NCBI GenBank assembly: GCA_964629875.1
Contig: CAZVRK010000008.1
Coordinates: 13,212-77,211 of the forward strand
Direction of reading: 5' to 3'
DNA length: 64,000 nt
From: an uncultured Dehalococcoidia bacterium
Lineage (GTDB): Bacteria; Chloroflexota; Dehalococcoidia; Lucifugimonadales; UBA3495
The stretch's first letter is position 1, and each line of letters begins with the position of its first letter. This document shows, one piece after another, positions 37,713 through 49,297 of the stretch. Below the pieces are notes generated by a model. The model saw only the letters and a list, made by a program, of their open reading frames with translations, was not told the origin of the DNA and did not search any database. A program made the translations under genes and the position numbers.

Positions 37713-39092
37713 TTATTCATAGGGAGAGAAATCGGTGGGTCTAATAACTATTCGATCTATATATATCCCAGGGGTCACAATTTCGTCTGGATCCAAATCG
37801 CCGACTTCCACTACTTCATCAACTTCTACAATAGTTACGTCAGCAGCAGGTGCCATAACTGGGTTGAAGTTTCTTGACGTACCCTTGTAGATTACATTAC
37901 CCAGTTTGTCCGCTTTATAACCTCTTATAAGACAAAAATCAGCTCTTAGTCCCTTTTCCAATATGTATTCTTTGCCATTAATTACCCTAGACTCTTTACC
38001 TTCTGCTATTAGCGTGCCCACTCCTGTCGGAGTGAAGAAAGCCGATATACCGGAACCACCTGAACGCAATCGTTCTGCCAGAGTCCCTTGAGGTACTAGC
38101 TCTAATTCAACATCCCCTCTTCTATAAGCCAATTCAAAGGCAGTAGGGCGAGAAGCAGAAGGTGATACTGGATAAGATGCAACAGCTTTTGACACCTGAC
38201 CATTATCTATCAACAATGTATGATCAATAGCCTGTTGGCCAGATGGTGTCCCAAAATTTACCACTCTGGCTATTCCGGCAGTGTTGCCAATGATCGTAAG
38301 TCCCGTAGCTCCATGATCTCGCAAAGACACTAACAAATAGTGGGGCATACCCCCAGGCCCCGCAAACCCATCAATCATAACTGTAGCTCCATCAGGCAAA
38401 TCAGACATCGCTGAAATACCTGTGTCATACACTTTGGATATCTCTCCTTTTGCTTCGGAACCAAATGTAATATTTGTCAGTGACGGTGCAATTTCGATCG
38501 GCATGCCCTGAATGGTAGTCAACTCATCAACAGACCAACCCTCAGCTAACTCTTTTAAGATGAAACGATTGTCAATTATATCCAAAACAGCGATATCGGT
38601 AATAATCATATCCACACAAGCAATACCATCAGGAGCCACACTGCATTTATCTTTTAATACACTTTCACCCTTATCATTGAAATGTTTTGCAACTGCTATT
38701 ACTCGTTTAGGATTATTAAGTAAATCGACTGACCAACCAGGAGCTTCGAGGCCAGTTGTGCTAAGGGTGGACACCGAAACCATATCTCCCGATGCAGTAA
38801 CCTCTCCAGCTTCTACAATAGCAATATCGACATGTCCTCCGTGCATCATTGCAGCGACATCACTGATGCTATGGAAAGAACTTCCATGTTTGTTCCCAAA
38901 AGAGTCACTTGAAAACGTTGTGGGGGTCAGTTCCCCGTCTTCATCTATCAGCCACGCATGGGGGTCATATGATAAACGTTTGCCGATAGCATTTGGCAAT
39001 CCACTCCCGACAGAGACAAGCTGCCCTGGTAACATTTCTCTCTTTATCCGAAGTGCTAATGCATCTAAATCTAGTGTTTTCTTCTCAATCAT
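37713..39092 (-). CDS. fused class I CoA-transferase: divergent B-like N-terminal domain plus A-subunit C-terminal domain
   Basis: Residues 1-205 are collinear with subunit B (LPGQLVSVGSGLPNAIG; WLIDEDGEL; MMHGGHVDIAIVEAGEVTASGDM; ITDIAVLD). Residues 215-459 are collinear with subunit A (DGATVMIDGFAGPGGMP...PQGTLAERLRSGGSGI.AFFTPTGVGT...GDLDPDEIVTPGIYIDRIV). Confidence 0.85.
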   Translation of the reverse strand: MIEKKTLDLDALALRIKREMLPGQLVSVGSGLPNAIGKRLSYDPHAWLIDEDGELTPTTFSSDSFGNKHGSSFHSISDVAAMMHGGHVDIAIVEAGEVTASGDMVSVSTLSTTGLEAPGWSVDLLNNPKRVIAVAKHFNDKGESVLKDKCSVAPDGIACVDMIITDIAVLDIIDNRFILKELAEGWSVDELTTIQGMPIEIAPSLTNITFGSEAKGEISKVYDTGISAMSDLPDGATVMIDGFAGPGGMPHYLLVSLRDHGATGLTIIGNTAGIARVVNFGTPSGQQAIDHTLLIDNGQVSKAVASYPVSPSASRPTAFELAYRRGDVELELVPQGTLAERLRSGGSGISAFFTPTGVGTLIAEGKESRVINGKEYILEKGLRADFCLIRGYKADKLGNVIYKGTSRNFNPVMAPAADVTIVEVDEVVEVGDLDPDEIVTPGIYIDRIVIRPTDFSPYE

Positions 39093-39112
39093 TTGCCGAT
39101 CCTACTATTGCT

Positions 39113-39799
39113 TTATGGCTCTATAGATTTAATTAATCGATTCACAAAAATACCAGGAGTTACAATTAATTCTGGATCCAAATCTCCAACCTCGCAAATA
39201 TCCCTGACCTCGGCAATAGTTATGTTCGCTGCCATAGCCATGACAGGACCCCAATTTCTTGCCCTTCCTTTATATATTAGGTTACCCAAGTCATCGGCTC
39301 GTTGCGCGCCGATCAGAGCAAAATCTCCTCTTAAAGCCTCAAGATAAAGACATTGCTCACCGTCAATATCTTGAGTTTCGTATCTATTAGATAAGGACGT
39401 GCCTACTCCGACAGGAGCAAACACACCACCTAATCCAGCGCCACCCGCTCGGAGTTTTTCAGCTAAGATCCCTTGTGGTATTACTTCTATCGACAAGTCC
39501 CCTGAATTCCATTGTGATTCGAGTAAGCCACCTCTATTCCGGTAAAACGGAAATGCAGTTATTAGACGTGCAATCTGGCCTTTTTCTATAAGCGGATCTA
39601 AGACGGTAATTGGCTGATCATTATAATCGGCACAAGGAGAAAATACACACACCAATCCTGATATATCTTTTTCCGCAATTGCCTTAATCAAAGTGTTCGG
39701 TATTCCGTTTAGCGAAACACCTCCTATCAGCAAGGTAGCTCCACTACATACATCCGCTAAAGCATTTTCCGCTGAGGCATACACTTTCTTAGCCGGCAT
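39113..39799 (-). CDS. 3-oxoacid CoA-transferase subunit A (class I CoA-transferase alpha)
   Basis: ...SGATLLIGGVSLNGIP..., PQGILAEKLRAGGAGLGGVFAPVGVGT, GDLDPELIVTPGIFVNRLI. Start set at ATG 39799 (GGAG 5 nt upstream); the track starts at TTG 39814. Confidence 0.88.
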   Translation of the reverse strand: MPAKKVYASAENALADVCSGATLLIGGVSLNGIPNTLIKAIAEKDISGLVCVFSPCADYNDQPITVLDPLIEKGQIARLITAFPFYRNRGGLLESQWNSGDLSIEVIPQGILAEKLRAGGAGLGGVFAPVGVGTSLSNRYETQDIDGEQCLYLEALRGDFALIGAQRADDLGNLIYKGRARNWGPVMAMAANITIAEVRDICEVGDLDPELIVTPGIFVNRLIKSIEP

Positions 39800-39872
39800 G
39801 GCATCTCCATTCAATCCTAATGCAGATCATACAATACTCGTAACTTTTTTGTCCGGAAATCTAGCGCTTTCT

Positions 39873-39906
39873 AAAAATAGCCGCCCCGCTGTTGCGGGAC
39901 GGCTAT
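39873..39906 (-). terminator. rho-independent terminator of groEL
   Basis: Minus strand reads ATAGCCGTCCCGC-AACA-GCGGGGCGGCTAT followed by TTTT, 37 nt after the groEL stop. Confidence 0.85.
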
Positions 39907-39942
39907 CACTAAACTCTAAACAAACTTAGTTACAGTTCTATA

Positions 39943-41580
<1,638 letters not shown>

Positions 41581-41597
41581 CTAATCTACTTTTAGAA

Positions 41598-41897
41598 TTA
41601 TGATATTTTAGCTAAAACATCGCTCTCACGCAGAATGAGATACTCGTCGTCGCCGTCTTTGTATTCAGTACCAGCGTATTTTGAGTAGATTACTTTATCA
41701 CCTGCGCTCAATTCCATGGCAACCCGAGTTCCATCATCGGTGACTCTGCCAGGGCCCACCGCCACGACTTCTCCTTCCTGTGGCTTCTCTTTAGCCGTAT
41801 CCGGGAGGAATATTCCACCTTTGGTTGTTGACTCTTGTTCGCTAGGCTTGACAATCACTCTTTCGCCCAACGGTTGAAGCGTTACTTTGGTTACCAC
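41598..41897 (-). CDS. groES: co-chaperonin GroES
   Basis: 99 aa. ...[12 protein letters not shown]...[22 protein letters not shown].... GTG start with AAGGAGG 5 nt upstream. Confidence 0.95.
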   Translation of the reverse strand: MVTKVTLQPLGERVIVKPSEQESTTKGGIFLPDTAKEKPQEGEVVAVGPGRVTDDGTRVAMELSAGDKVIYSKYAGTEYKDGDDEYLILRESDVLAKIS

Positions 41898-41987
41898 TTT
41901 TGCCTCCTTATTTGTTTACTCACAGTAACGTTCTGTTTATTACATGCGATTTCACACATGATGCGGTCCACGCAAATGTGCTAAATT

Positions 41988-42016
41988 ATCGTAAATAAGC
42001 ATGCCCCACTTGTCAA
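41988..42016 (-). promoter_or_regulatory. near-consensus sigma-70-type promoter of groES-groEL
   Basis: Minus strand reads TTGACA (42016..42011), 17-nt spacer, TACGAT (41993..41988). Confidence 0.6.
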
Positions 42017-42078
42017 GAGATAAACCGAACATTAACATCTTTACTAAATGGTACAACTTCACCACGTAGAGAACACGT

Positions 42079-42855
42079 ATGAATAACAACACCACATACC
42101 TGAGCATCAAAGACCAGATAGCAACCGTAGTACTAAATAACCCTTCTAGAAAAAACGTTATAGACCAAAATATGGCTGGCAACCTCAACGCGATTTTCCA
42201 TCAGTTAAATGAAAATGAACATATTTCCGTAGTAGTTATTACTTCCACAGGGCCTGTTTTTTCGACAGGCAGAACATCAATTAACATCAAAACACCCCTA
42301 AGCGAACGCAAACAACTCTTACATGAATTAAGTATTTCAAATAATTTAACCCGCCTTAAGGTGCCTTTAATCGCAAGCATAAATGGTGACGCGATGGAGC
42401 ATGGGTTGGAAATAGCCCTCTGCGCAGATATCAGAATTTGCAATATGTCGGCCCGCTTCAGATTCAACGACCTTCACAACGGTCTGGACTTTCCTATGGA
42501 TGGCGGCACTCAACGATTGCCACGTCTGATCGGATCCTCTTGGGCCATGGACATGCTTCTAACAGGACGGATCGTATCTGCTCAAGAAGCCCTTTCAATA
42601 GGCTTAGTAAACAAGGTGGTAAAAGATGAGCTTCTCGAGAAAACAACCGAACAAGTAGCGTCATCAATCGCCACTGGTGGCACTATTGCAAATCAATATG
42701 TCAAAGAATCAGTTTATAAAGGCATGGAAATGAGCCTGATTGAAGGATTGACACTAGAGACGGATCTTAATGTCATACTACAAAGCACATACGATAGGTC
42801 AGAAGGAATAAAATCTTTCCTTGAAAAACGCCCTCCTCTATTCAGAGGGGAGTAA
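42079..42855 (+). CDS. enoyl-CoA hydratase/isomerase (crotonase) family protein
   Basis: 258 aa. ...VVVITSTGPVFSTG..., ...PLIASINGDAMEHGLEIALCADIRI..., C-terminal ...EGIKSFLEKRPP.F. Confidence 0.88.
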   Translation: MNNNTTYLSIKDQIATVVLNNPSRKNVIDQNMAGNLNAIFHQLNENEHISVVVITSTGPVFSTGRTSINIKTPLSERKQLLHELSISNNLTRLKVPLIASINGDAMEHGLEIALCADIRICNMSARFRFNDLHNGLDFPMDGGTQRLPRLIGSSWAMDMLLTGRIVSAQEALSIGLVNKVVKDELLEKTTEQVASSIATGGTIANQYVKESVYKGMEMSLIEGLTLETDLNVILQSTYDRSEGIKSFLEKRPPLFRGE

Positions 42856-42877
42856 TCACACAAAAGGACATAACTAA

Positions 42878-43420
42878 TTGCAATTAAAATTAGACTTACA
42901 CACTCATATCTGGGAAGCATTCAACTTTCAACCTCTATCACTACAAATCGTCGAAAAGGTTATATCCGAAGTAAAATCCAAAGGTATCGACGGAATTGCC
43001 ATAACCGATCACCATAACAAAGAGTGGGCTTTCCAATTTCGCGAATTAGCTGAAGAACATTTCCCAGAGCAAATTATAATAATCCCAGGTTGGGAGATCG
43101 AGATCAGGCCTCCGAACAGTCCTTTCGACGAATATCAAGTAACTGAATTATTTTTGGATAGTGGTGACGTATTTCGAATATATTGTCATCCTGGATATTA
43201 CAGTCCGAATATAATAATTGAGGAGAACATACACGCTATAGAAATAGACAATTACATCCATAACTGGCACATCAGAAAACAACAAGTACAAAATATTGCC
43301 GACGAATACAATCTAATGACCGTAAAGGTTAGCGACGCTCACAATATTGAGAACATAGGGCTCAGATACACTGAAGTCAGTCTGGATGAACTATATCAAA
43401 GAGCTTCAGGGAAACATTGA
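42878..43420 (+). CDS. small PHP-domain-like metal-dependent phosphoesterase
   Basis: 180 aa. N-terminal DLHTHIWEA and GIDGIAITDHHN match PHP motifs I/II; later His residues (CHPG, DAHN). TTG start. Confidence 0.6.
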   Translation: MQLKLDLHTHIWEAFNFQPLSLQIVEKVISEVKSKGIDGIAITDHHNKEWAFQFRELAEEHFPEQIIIIPGWEIEIRPPNSPFDEYQVTELFLDSGDVFRIYCHPGYYSPNIIIEENIHAIEIDNYIHNWHIRKQQVQNIADEYNLMTVKVSDAHNIENIGLRYTEVSLDELYQRASGKH

Positions 43421-43422
43421 TA

Positions 43423-44139
43423 ATGACATCTACATATACCACTATCCGCCTAACAATAAATAATAATACCGCACATATTGCACTCAATCGCCCGAAATAC
43501 CTGAACGCTTATAACATTCAGATGAGAGATGAATTTTCCGAAGTATTACACCTAGCACAACATGACCAAGATATTCGTTGTGTACTAATAACAGGCGAAG
43601 GATCCGCTTTCTGTGCAGGCGCGGACTTAACAGAATTTGGTACCGCTCCTTCTCAAACAATCGCTCGATATGTCAGGTGGGAGAGAGATGTATGGGGACA
43701 AATGACATCACTCCCTAAGCCAATAATTACGGCTGTCCATGGATATTGCATTGGTTCTGGGTTAGAAATAGCTTTACTTGGTGATATTAGAATCGCTAGT
43801 GACAATGCTACTTTTGCCATGCCTGAAACACATTTGGGTATGATCCCAGCTGCTGGTGGAACACAAACATTGCCGCGAGTTACAGAAATCTCTACGGCAT
43901 TAGATATACTCTTAACAGGGGAGAGATTCGATTCTCAAAAAGCTCTATCCTCTAGAATAATTTCTCGCATACTAAAGGACGACCAATTATTAAAACATGC
44001 CTATGCATTGGCTGATAAAGTGTCAAACATACTCCCTGAAAAATCATCTGCACTAAAAGCGATCTTGCGGAGCAATGAGAGACTCTCGGCCACACCATCT
44101 CTATCAGTTGAGCAACGATTGGCTCTTATTAACATATAA
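43423..44139 (+). CDS. enoyl-CoA hydratase/isomerase (crotonase) family protein
   Basis: ...VLITGEGSAFCAGADL..., ...PIITAVHGYCIGSGLEIALLGDIRIA.... Start set at ATG 43423 (the track's TTG 43417 overlaps the preceding stop). Confidence 0.88.
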   Translation: MTSTYTTIRLTINNNTAHIALNRPKYLNAYNIQMRDEFSEVLHLAQHDQDIRCVLITGEGSAFCAGADLTEFGTAPSQTIARYVRWERDVWGQMTSLPKPIITAVHGYCIGSGLEIALLGDIRIASDNATFAMPETHLGMIPAAGGTQTLPRVTEISTALDILLTGERFDSQKALSSRIISRILKDDQLLKHAYALADKVSNILPEKSSALKAILRSNERLSATPSLSVEQRLALINI

Positions 44140-44185
44140 TACCAATATATATACTCATGGGTACTCACGACATTTTTCACTTGAG

Positions 44186-45748
44186 GTGAAAGCATTGAAC
44201 ACTTCTGAATTTCTAACCATAACAAACCTTATAGTGCCTGAAAGAACAGCAATAATCTTTGAGAACACAAAAACTACTTTCGAAGAACTACAAGATAGGG
44301 TAAACATGTTGGCGAATGCTATGTTTGACTTGGGAATAAGCAGGGGTAGCAGAATCGCTTTCATGCATGTCAACACTAACCAAGCGATTGAAATATATTT
44401 TGCCACGGCTCAACTCGACGCTATATATGTCCCAATCAATTTTCGTGCAAAAGAAGACGAATTGACTCAAATGCTCGAAATATCTCAGCCAGACTTGTTA
44501 TTCATAGGCAATAGATATCTACCATTAACAGACACGCTGCTAAACAAAGAAACTTTGCGTAACGATCAGTTGATAACACTCGATTCTCAAGAAAGTAATC
44601 AGTTTCTATACTATGAAGATATTCTAGCTGAGCAATCTGGTGAGCAAATACATTTTCCGGAAGATGACGATTCCGATACTACGGTTATTATGTTCACTGC
44701 AGGAACAACAGGTACACCAAAGGGTGTGATGTTAAGCCATAATAGTTTCTCATCTTATTTACTTTCTACAGTCTCACCAGCGGACCCAGATATAAGCGAA
44801 ACTAATCTAATTACAGTTCCGTTTTATCACATAGCTGGACTACAGGCAGCGTTAGCAGCTATTTACGGTGGCCGCACAATGGCAATCATGCGGCAATTCG
44901 AACCTCTTGATTGGCTCAAAACCGCAGAAGATCATAAAGCAAACAGGGCTATGCTTGTACCAACTATGCTGAAGCGAATAATAGACCACCCGCACTTCCA
45001 TGACTTTGATTTATCCGAGATGAGCGTCATCACATACGGAGCCGCACCAATGCCGTTAGATGTCATTAGGAAGTCAATCACAAGTTTTCCCAATACGATG
45101 TTTATAAACGCCTTCGGACAGACTGAAACAGCATCAACTATTACAATGCTTCCCCCAGAAGACCACATACTTGAAGGCTCCCCAACTGACATAGAAATTA
45201 AGTTGAGGAGGCTCACATCTATAGGGAAACCGTTGAGCGATATTGAACTATTGATAGTCTCTGAAGACGGAAAACCAGTCAACTCGGGCGAAATAGGAGA
45301 GATAGTAGCTCGTGGTGATAGATTGATGACAGGTTATTGGAATCAAGAGTCAGCTACTTCAGAAACATTAAGATCCGGATGGCTTTACACAGGAGACTTA
45401 GCCTATCAAGATGAGGACGGGTATATCTTTTTGTCTGGGCGAGCAAAGGATTTTATCAAAAGAGGTGGTGAGATGATCTCTCCCGAAGAGGTTGAGCAAG
45501 TTTTAAGGTCCCACCCTCAAGTGTCCGATGCCGCTATCATAGGAACCCCAAACGATGAATGGGGAGAAGAAGTTGTCGCTGTTGTAGTTGCAGAAAGTCC
45601 TACACCATCCAAAGATGCCCTGATTGAACATTGTGGTGAGCATCTAGCAAGCTATAAGAAACCAAAATACGTCTTCTTCATAGACGAACTCCCTAGGAAC
45701 ACTATGGGAAAGGTGCTCAAAAGAGATCTTAGAGAGCTATACAGTTAA
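44186..45748 (+). CDS. AMP-dependent acyl-CoA synthetase/ligase (ANL superfamily)
   Basis: AMP-binding motif FTAGTTGTPKGVMLSH, ...YGQTE..., ...GWLYTGDLA..DEDGY....GR.KD.IKRGGE.ISP.EVE.... Start is uncertain: the track's ATG 44075 overlaps the upstream gene by 65 nt; GTG 44186 removes the overlap. Confidence 0.85.
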   Translation: MKALNTSEFLTITNLIVPERTAIIFENTKTTFEELQDRVNMLANAMFDLGISRGSRIAFMHVNTNQAIEIYFATAQLDAIYVPINFRAKEDELTQMLEISQPDLLFIGNRYLPLTDTLLNKETLRNDQLITLDSQESNQFLYYEDILAEQSGEQIHFPEDDDSDTTVIMFTAGTTGTPKGVMLSHNSFSSYLLSTVSPADPDISETNLITVPFYHIAGLQAALAAIYGGRTMAIMRQFEPLDWLKTAEDHKANRAMLVPTMLKRIIDHPHFHDFDLSEMSVITYGAAPMPLDVIRKSITSFPNTMFINAFGQTETASTITMLPPEDHILEGSPTDIEIKLRRLTSIGKPLSDIELLIVSEDGKPVNSGEIGEIVARGDRLMTGYWNQESATSETLRSGWLYTGDLAYQDEDGYIFLSGRAKDFIKRGGEMISPEEVEQVLRSHPQVSDAAIIGTPNDEWGEEVVAVVVAESPTPSKDALIEHCGEHLASYKKPKYVFFIDELPRNTMGKVLKRDLRELYS

Positions 45749-45781
45749 TATCGATAATACGAATGTAAGGGGGAATAAAGA

Positions 45782-46714
45782 ATGAAAATCGCAGTCATGG
45801 GAACCGGAGGTGTTGGAGGTTACTTTGGCGGTCTATTAGCTAGAAACGATCTCGATGTTACTTTCATAGCCAGAGGAGAACATCTCAAGGCTATTCAAGA
45901 TAAAGGCTTAAGAATAAACAGTAAAAACGATGGCGACTTCACTGTTTACAAATCTGCAACGGATAACCCATCCACACTCTCGAAACAAGACCTAATATTA
46001 TTCACTGTAAAAATGTTCGACAATACAGCAGCCATAGAATCCATAAAACCGATTGTAGGTGACCAAACCACTATACTCACACTTCAGAACGGTGTAAGTA
46101 ACGGATACGATCTAGCTGACATATTTGGAAACGAACGAGTCATGATCGGCACAGCAATGCTAGAAGGTCGCATATCAGAACCTGGAGTAGTCACTCAAGG
46201 AGGACCAGGTGCTGCTCACTTCGGAGAAATGTATCAAGGTATCAGTGAGAGAGGAAAAGAGCTACTCTCATTGTTTGAAGCCTCCAACTGGAAGGTCCAA
46301 CTCCAGGAGAACATGCTCGATACCTTGTGGAAGAAATTCGCATATTTATCAGCATGCGCATCCACTTGCACGGCCAGCAATTCAAGCATGGGGGAAATGC
46401 GTTCTATTCCAGAAACTCGCAATCTAATACTTAATGCAATCGAAGAAGGCTTTAAAGTCGGCAGGGCATATGGTGCGCCGATCGCTGATGATGCAATGGA
46501 TTGGGCTATTTCTGCACTAGATAATTTTCCTTATGATGGCAAGTCTTCTATGGCTAAAGACTTCGCTGAAAATCGTGCGGTAGAACTGGAAGGACTCACT
46601 GGGACGGTAATCAAAATGGCAGAACGTCTGCAGATTGATACTCCAATCAACAATATGTTATACGCAGTATTAAAACCCTGGGCAGAGAGAATAAATCACC
46701 AAGACAAGATTTAA
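45782..46714 (+). CDS. 2-dehydropantoate 2-reductase (ApbA/PanE) family protein
   Basis: MKIAVMGTGGVGGYFGGLLA Rossmann start, ...LQNG..., C-terminal ...E...G....: the ketopantoate reductase family layout. Confidence 0.82.
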   Translation: MKIAVMGTGGVGGYFGGLLARNDLDVTFIARGEHLKAIQDKGLRINSKNDGDFTVYKSATDNPSTLSKQDLILFTVKMFDNTAAIESIKPIVGDQTTILTLQNGVSNGYDLADIFGNERVMIGTAMLEGRISEPGVVTQGGPGAAHFGEMYQGISERGKELLSLFEASNWKVQLQENMLDTLWKKFAYLSACASTCTASNSSMGEMRSIPETRNLILNAIEEGFKVGRAYGAPIADDAMDWAISALDNFPYDGKSSMAKDFAENRAVELEGLTGTVIKMAERLQIDTPINNMLYAVLKPWAERINHQDKI

Positions 46715-46718
46715 ACGT

Positions 46719-47078
46719 TTATTCATGGGAAGGGCGAGCGAAACTTATTTCATGGCCATCCGGATCACACACATGGAAGTATCGCTCCTTCCACGGCGCA
46801 TTGGAAGGAATCGTTAGGGTATCTAAACCATCGGCAATCAAACGATCATAAAGTGCATCAACATCATCAACATATAATATTAATCGACCCCACCATTTCA
46901 TACTCAGCGACTGCGTCAGAATCAAGTTTAAATAACTATCACCAATTCTAAAACTCGAAAACTCGCTATTTGGACCGCCATATAATAACTCCATGCCTAC
47001 ATGGTCAGCATAAAACACGACCGATTTTCCCATATCACGGACAGCCAATGTTACTGCGCTTATACTTGTAATAACCAC
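46719..47078 (-). CDS. VOC (glyoxalase/bleomycin-resistance/dioxygenase) family protein
   Basis: 119 aa. ...VTLAVRDMGKSVVFY...GMEL... and ...FHVCDPDGHEISF.., the paired beta-alpha-beta-beta-beta module signature. Confidence 0.75.
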   Translation of the reverse strand: MVITSISAVTLAVRDMGKSVVFYADHVGMELLYGGPNSEFSSFRIGDSYLNLILTQSLSMKWWGRLILYVDDVDALYDRLIADGLDTLTIPSNAPWKERYFHVCDPDGHEISFARPSHE

Positions 47079-47107
47079 TACCTATGACCTCACTATCTGA
47101 CATGCGG

Positions 47108-48241
47108 TTAATAAGACTGGAACAAATTACCCCAATCAGTCTTTAGTGCCGACTTGATTCTTCGTTTACCATAAGTATTTAGCCAATACCCGTTATGATA
47201 TAGATTTGACGCTAAAAAGGCCCATCCCACTATGGGACTCCTCAAAAGAGCATTTTCCAGAAATTTCAGAGGACCCCAATAAATGAGCTTTTGACCTTTG
47301 CTGGCTAAAGTATTTTCAGCCCTGCTAAAATTCCAGTTCACTTTCTCTATATCTTCTCCAACTATATTCAATGCCTTTATATCTGCACATCCCAGCCCAC
47401 GTTCATGAGCCAAACGAATGAACTGTATACTCATAGGATCAAATCCCATCATATAGGCCGACACGGCATCAATAGCAACTTGATCTGAACTGGACACAAG
47501 TGTGTTTTTAACATGCCAGCGCATAGCCCTAGGCCCAGGTCCATCTCCTGCGAAGGTTCCATCCATAACCGCAAATATACCAGGATGGATTTCCTGTTGA
47601 ATTGCCAACAAATCCACTAGAGTCTCATGTATAACTGAATGAGTCCAATGACGTTTCCTATGCAGTAATCCACCAAAAGCGTTCTTCATTGCCCCTGTCA
47701 TAGTAGTGAAAACATGGGTTTTCATAGTCGGTAGATGAACGATATTCTTTCCTTCGAATGTTTCTGGTATTTGTATGCCTTCAGGGAATATAGAATCCAA
47801 GACCAACATATCGGCTTTAGGCTTGTAATCAACCCAAACATTGGGTGGAGTATCTAAATGAACCACCGGAAGATCACATTTATCTTGAACAGCTTTGTGT
47901 TTATTGTTGCGTTCCCCTTCATAAGAATCTACTACGACAGTTCCATTGTGTGCTCCCACCAAATTCTCGTACCCCAAGCTTCTTAGAGCACATATCACGC
48001 CCTCTAACTGCCAGGGAGAAGTAGAACATGCTGGATACCAATGTTGCCATGAGATATTAATCTTCAATAACGTCTCAATATCCTTACTAAGACATTGCGT
48101 AACCCCTGCCAATTCCATAGAAGTCTTGACGTCTTCTAATACTGTATTAGGGGTAGTCCGAACAACAGAGACAGTACTTACTCCCGTATTCGCAGCAATT
48201 TTATTACCATTGTCGGAACTATTAACGTTATCAAACGCCAT
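47108..48241 (-). CDS. DUF362-domain protein
   Basis: 377 aa. ...LLKINISW...TSPWQLEGVI..L..LGY..., ...LPTMKTHVFTTMTGAMKNAFGGL..., ...FAVMDGTFAGDGPGPRAM..., ...SSDQVAIDAV...MGFDP... follow the DUF362 pattern as I remember it. Confidence 0.7.
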   Translation of the reverse strand: MAFDNVNSSDNGNKIAANTGVSTVSVVRTTPNTVLEDVKTSMELAGVTQCLSKDIETLLKINISWQHWYPACSTSPWQLEGVICALRSLGYENLVGAHNGTVVVDSYEGERNNKHKAVQDKCDLPVVHLDTPPNVWVDYKPKADMLVLDSIFPEGIQIPETFEGKNIVHLPTMKTHVFTTMTGAMKNAFGGLLHRKRHWTHSVIHETLVDLLAIQQEIHPGIFAVMDGTFAGDGPGPRAMRWHVKNTLVSSSDQVAIDAVSAYMMGFDPMSIQFIRLAHERGLGCADIKALNIVGEDIEKVNWNFSRAENTLASKGQKLIYWGPLKFLENALLRSPIVGWAFLASNLYHNGYWLNTYGKRRIKSALKTDWGNLFQSY

Positions 48242-48264
48242 ACGAACAACTCCTATTCACCATC

Positions 48265-49167
48265 TCAGACGCTGTTAATCCACAAAACCAATATAGCGGT
48301 TACGAGCCAAACAGCGCACGCAGATAATAGCGGCAAATCTTGAAATATTAGGCGCTCTGGAGATTCAGATACATCAGAATTATTAAGAAGATATAAATAC
48401 CTAAATAAACCAAAAGCTACCATGGGAACCGTCATCAACATAGAATGATCAGAGGGAAGATTATCTGCTTCTATTGTATAAAGAGTATAACTGAGTAAAG
48501 AAGCAGCAGCAGTAATATTCACAAGTTGTGATATTAAAGGTCCTGAATACTGCTTTAAAACCCCTCTGTAAGAGCCCTCTGTATCTCCATATAGCCTTAA
48601 CTCAGCATATCTTCTACCAAATACTATAAATAATGCAGCGCATGCCGTTACTATATACAGCCAGGGAGAAGGAACCACTCCAATAAGCACTGCTCCTGCA
48701 GCAGTTCGTAGAATATAACCACTAGCCACTAAGAACGCATCCAACAATACAATACTTTTCGCTCCAAACGAATACAATAGGTTTATGCATATGTAGACTA
48801 TCCCCAGTCCGCCCAAGACTATGTCGATATACCACATTAACGATATTCCAGTCAGTGACAAAGCCAGCATAAGACACACTGCAGTACTCACAGGAACTTT
48901 ACCAGAAGCTATCGGTCTGTATTTCTTGGCTGGATGCTTAGTATCATTTTTCTTATCTTTCAAATCATTTAGGATGTATACGGAACTAACCGTTAAACAG
49001 AAGGCACAAAAAGCCAGTCCCAATTTGGAGAGCATACCACTAACGACGTTAAAGTCATCGGGAGACCAAACGTCGGAAATAGTGAACAAAAATGGAACAA
49101 AGATTAAGAAATTTTTAATCCACTGTCGAGGCCTCAGACAAATTATATGAGCATAAAAAGTATTCAT
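48265..49167 (-). CDS. UbiA-superfamily prenyltransferase, decaprenyl-phosphate phosphoribosyltransferase-like
   Basis: N-terminal LRPRQWIKNFLIFVPFLF and Asp-rich motif YILNDLKDKKNDTKHPAKKYRPIASG, with about 8-9 hydrophobic spans, as in Rv3806c-type enzymes. Start is ATG 49167 or TTG 49176. Confidence 0.78.
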   Translation of the reverse strand: MNTFYAHIICLRPRQWIKNFLIFVPFLFTISDVWSPDDFNVVSGMLSKLGLAFCAFCLTVSSVYILNDLKDKKNDTKHPAKKYRPIASGKVPVSTAVCLMLALSLTGISLMWYIDIVLGGLGIVYICINLLYSFGAKSIVLLDAFLVASGYILRTAAGAVLIGVVPSPWLYIVTACAALFIVFGRRYAELRLYGDTEGSYRGVLKQYSGPLISQLVNITAAASLLSYTLYTIEADNLPSDHSMLMTVPMVAFGLFRYLYLLNNSDVSESPERLIFQDLPLLSACAVWLVTAILVLWINSV

Positions 49168-49297
49168 TGACCGCAAAGGCTTAATATTAATCCGATATGA
49201 CCGTTCTTCTGATCTTAATTATAATCCACTCAGCTGAGAATTTGAGTATGAATGACATGCAAAAAATAACATAAGTGCGGCTTGCTTGTAGTGCAAA

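Noticed and set aside
38512-39126. A 204-aa plus-strand ORF, with similar long antisense ORFs at 49275-49943 (222 aa), 15130-15633 (167 aa), 13456-13911 (151 aa), 28815-29228 (137 aa), 17872-18270 (132 aa) and 40583-40960 (125 aa).
   Set aside because: All lie entirely inside, and antisense to, genes with unambiguous family signatures (CoA-transferase, flippase-like protein, carB, MFS, plsX, groEL). Their translations are Ser/Thr/Pro/Ala/Ile-rich low-complexity strings typical of shadow frames.
41898-42078. Looked for a CIRCE / HrcA operator (TTAGCACTC-N9-GAGTGCTAA) in the groES leader.
   Set aside because: Only a left half-site, TTAGCAC (minus strand, 41984..41978), is present near the predicted transcription start. 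The best right-half candidate (ATGTGTGAA) has the wrong spacing (16 nt) and about 5 of 9 matches.
41952-42188. A 78-aa minus-strand ORF upstream of groES.
   Set aside because: It covers the groES promoter and the 5' end of the crotonase gene. It looks like a hydrophobic, low-complexity artefact of AT-rich intergenic DNA.
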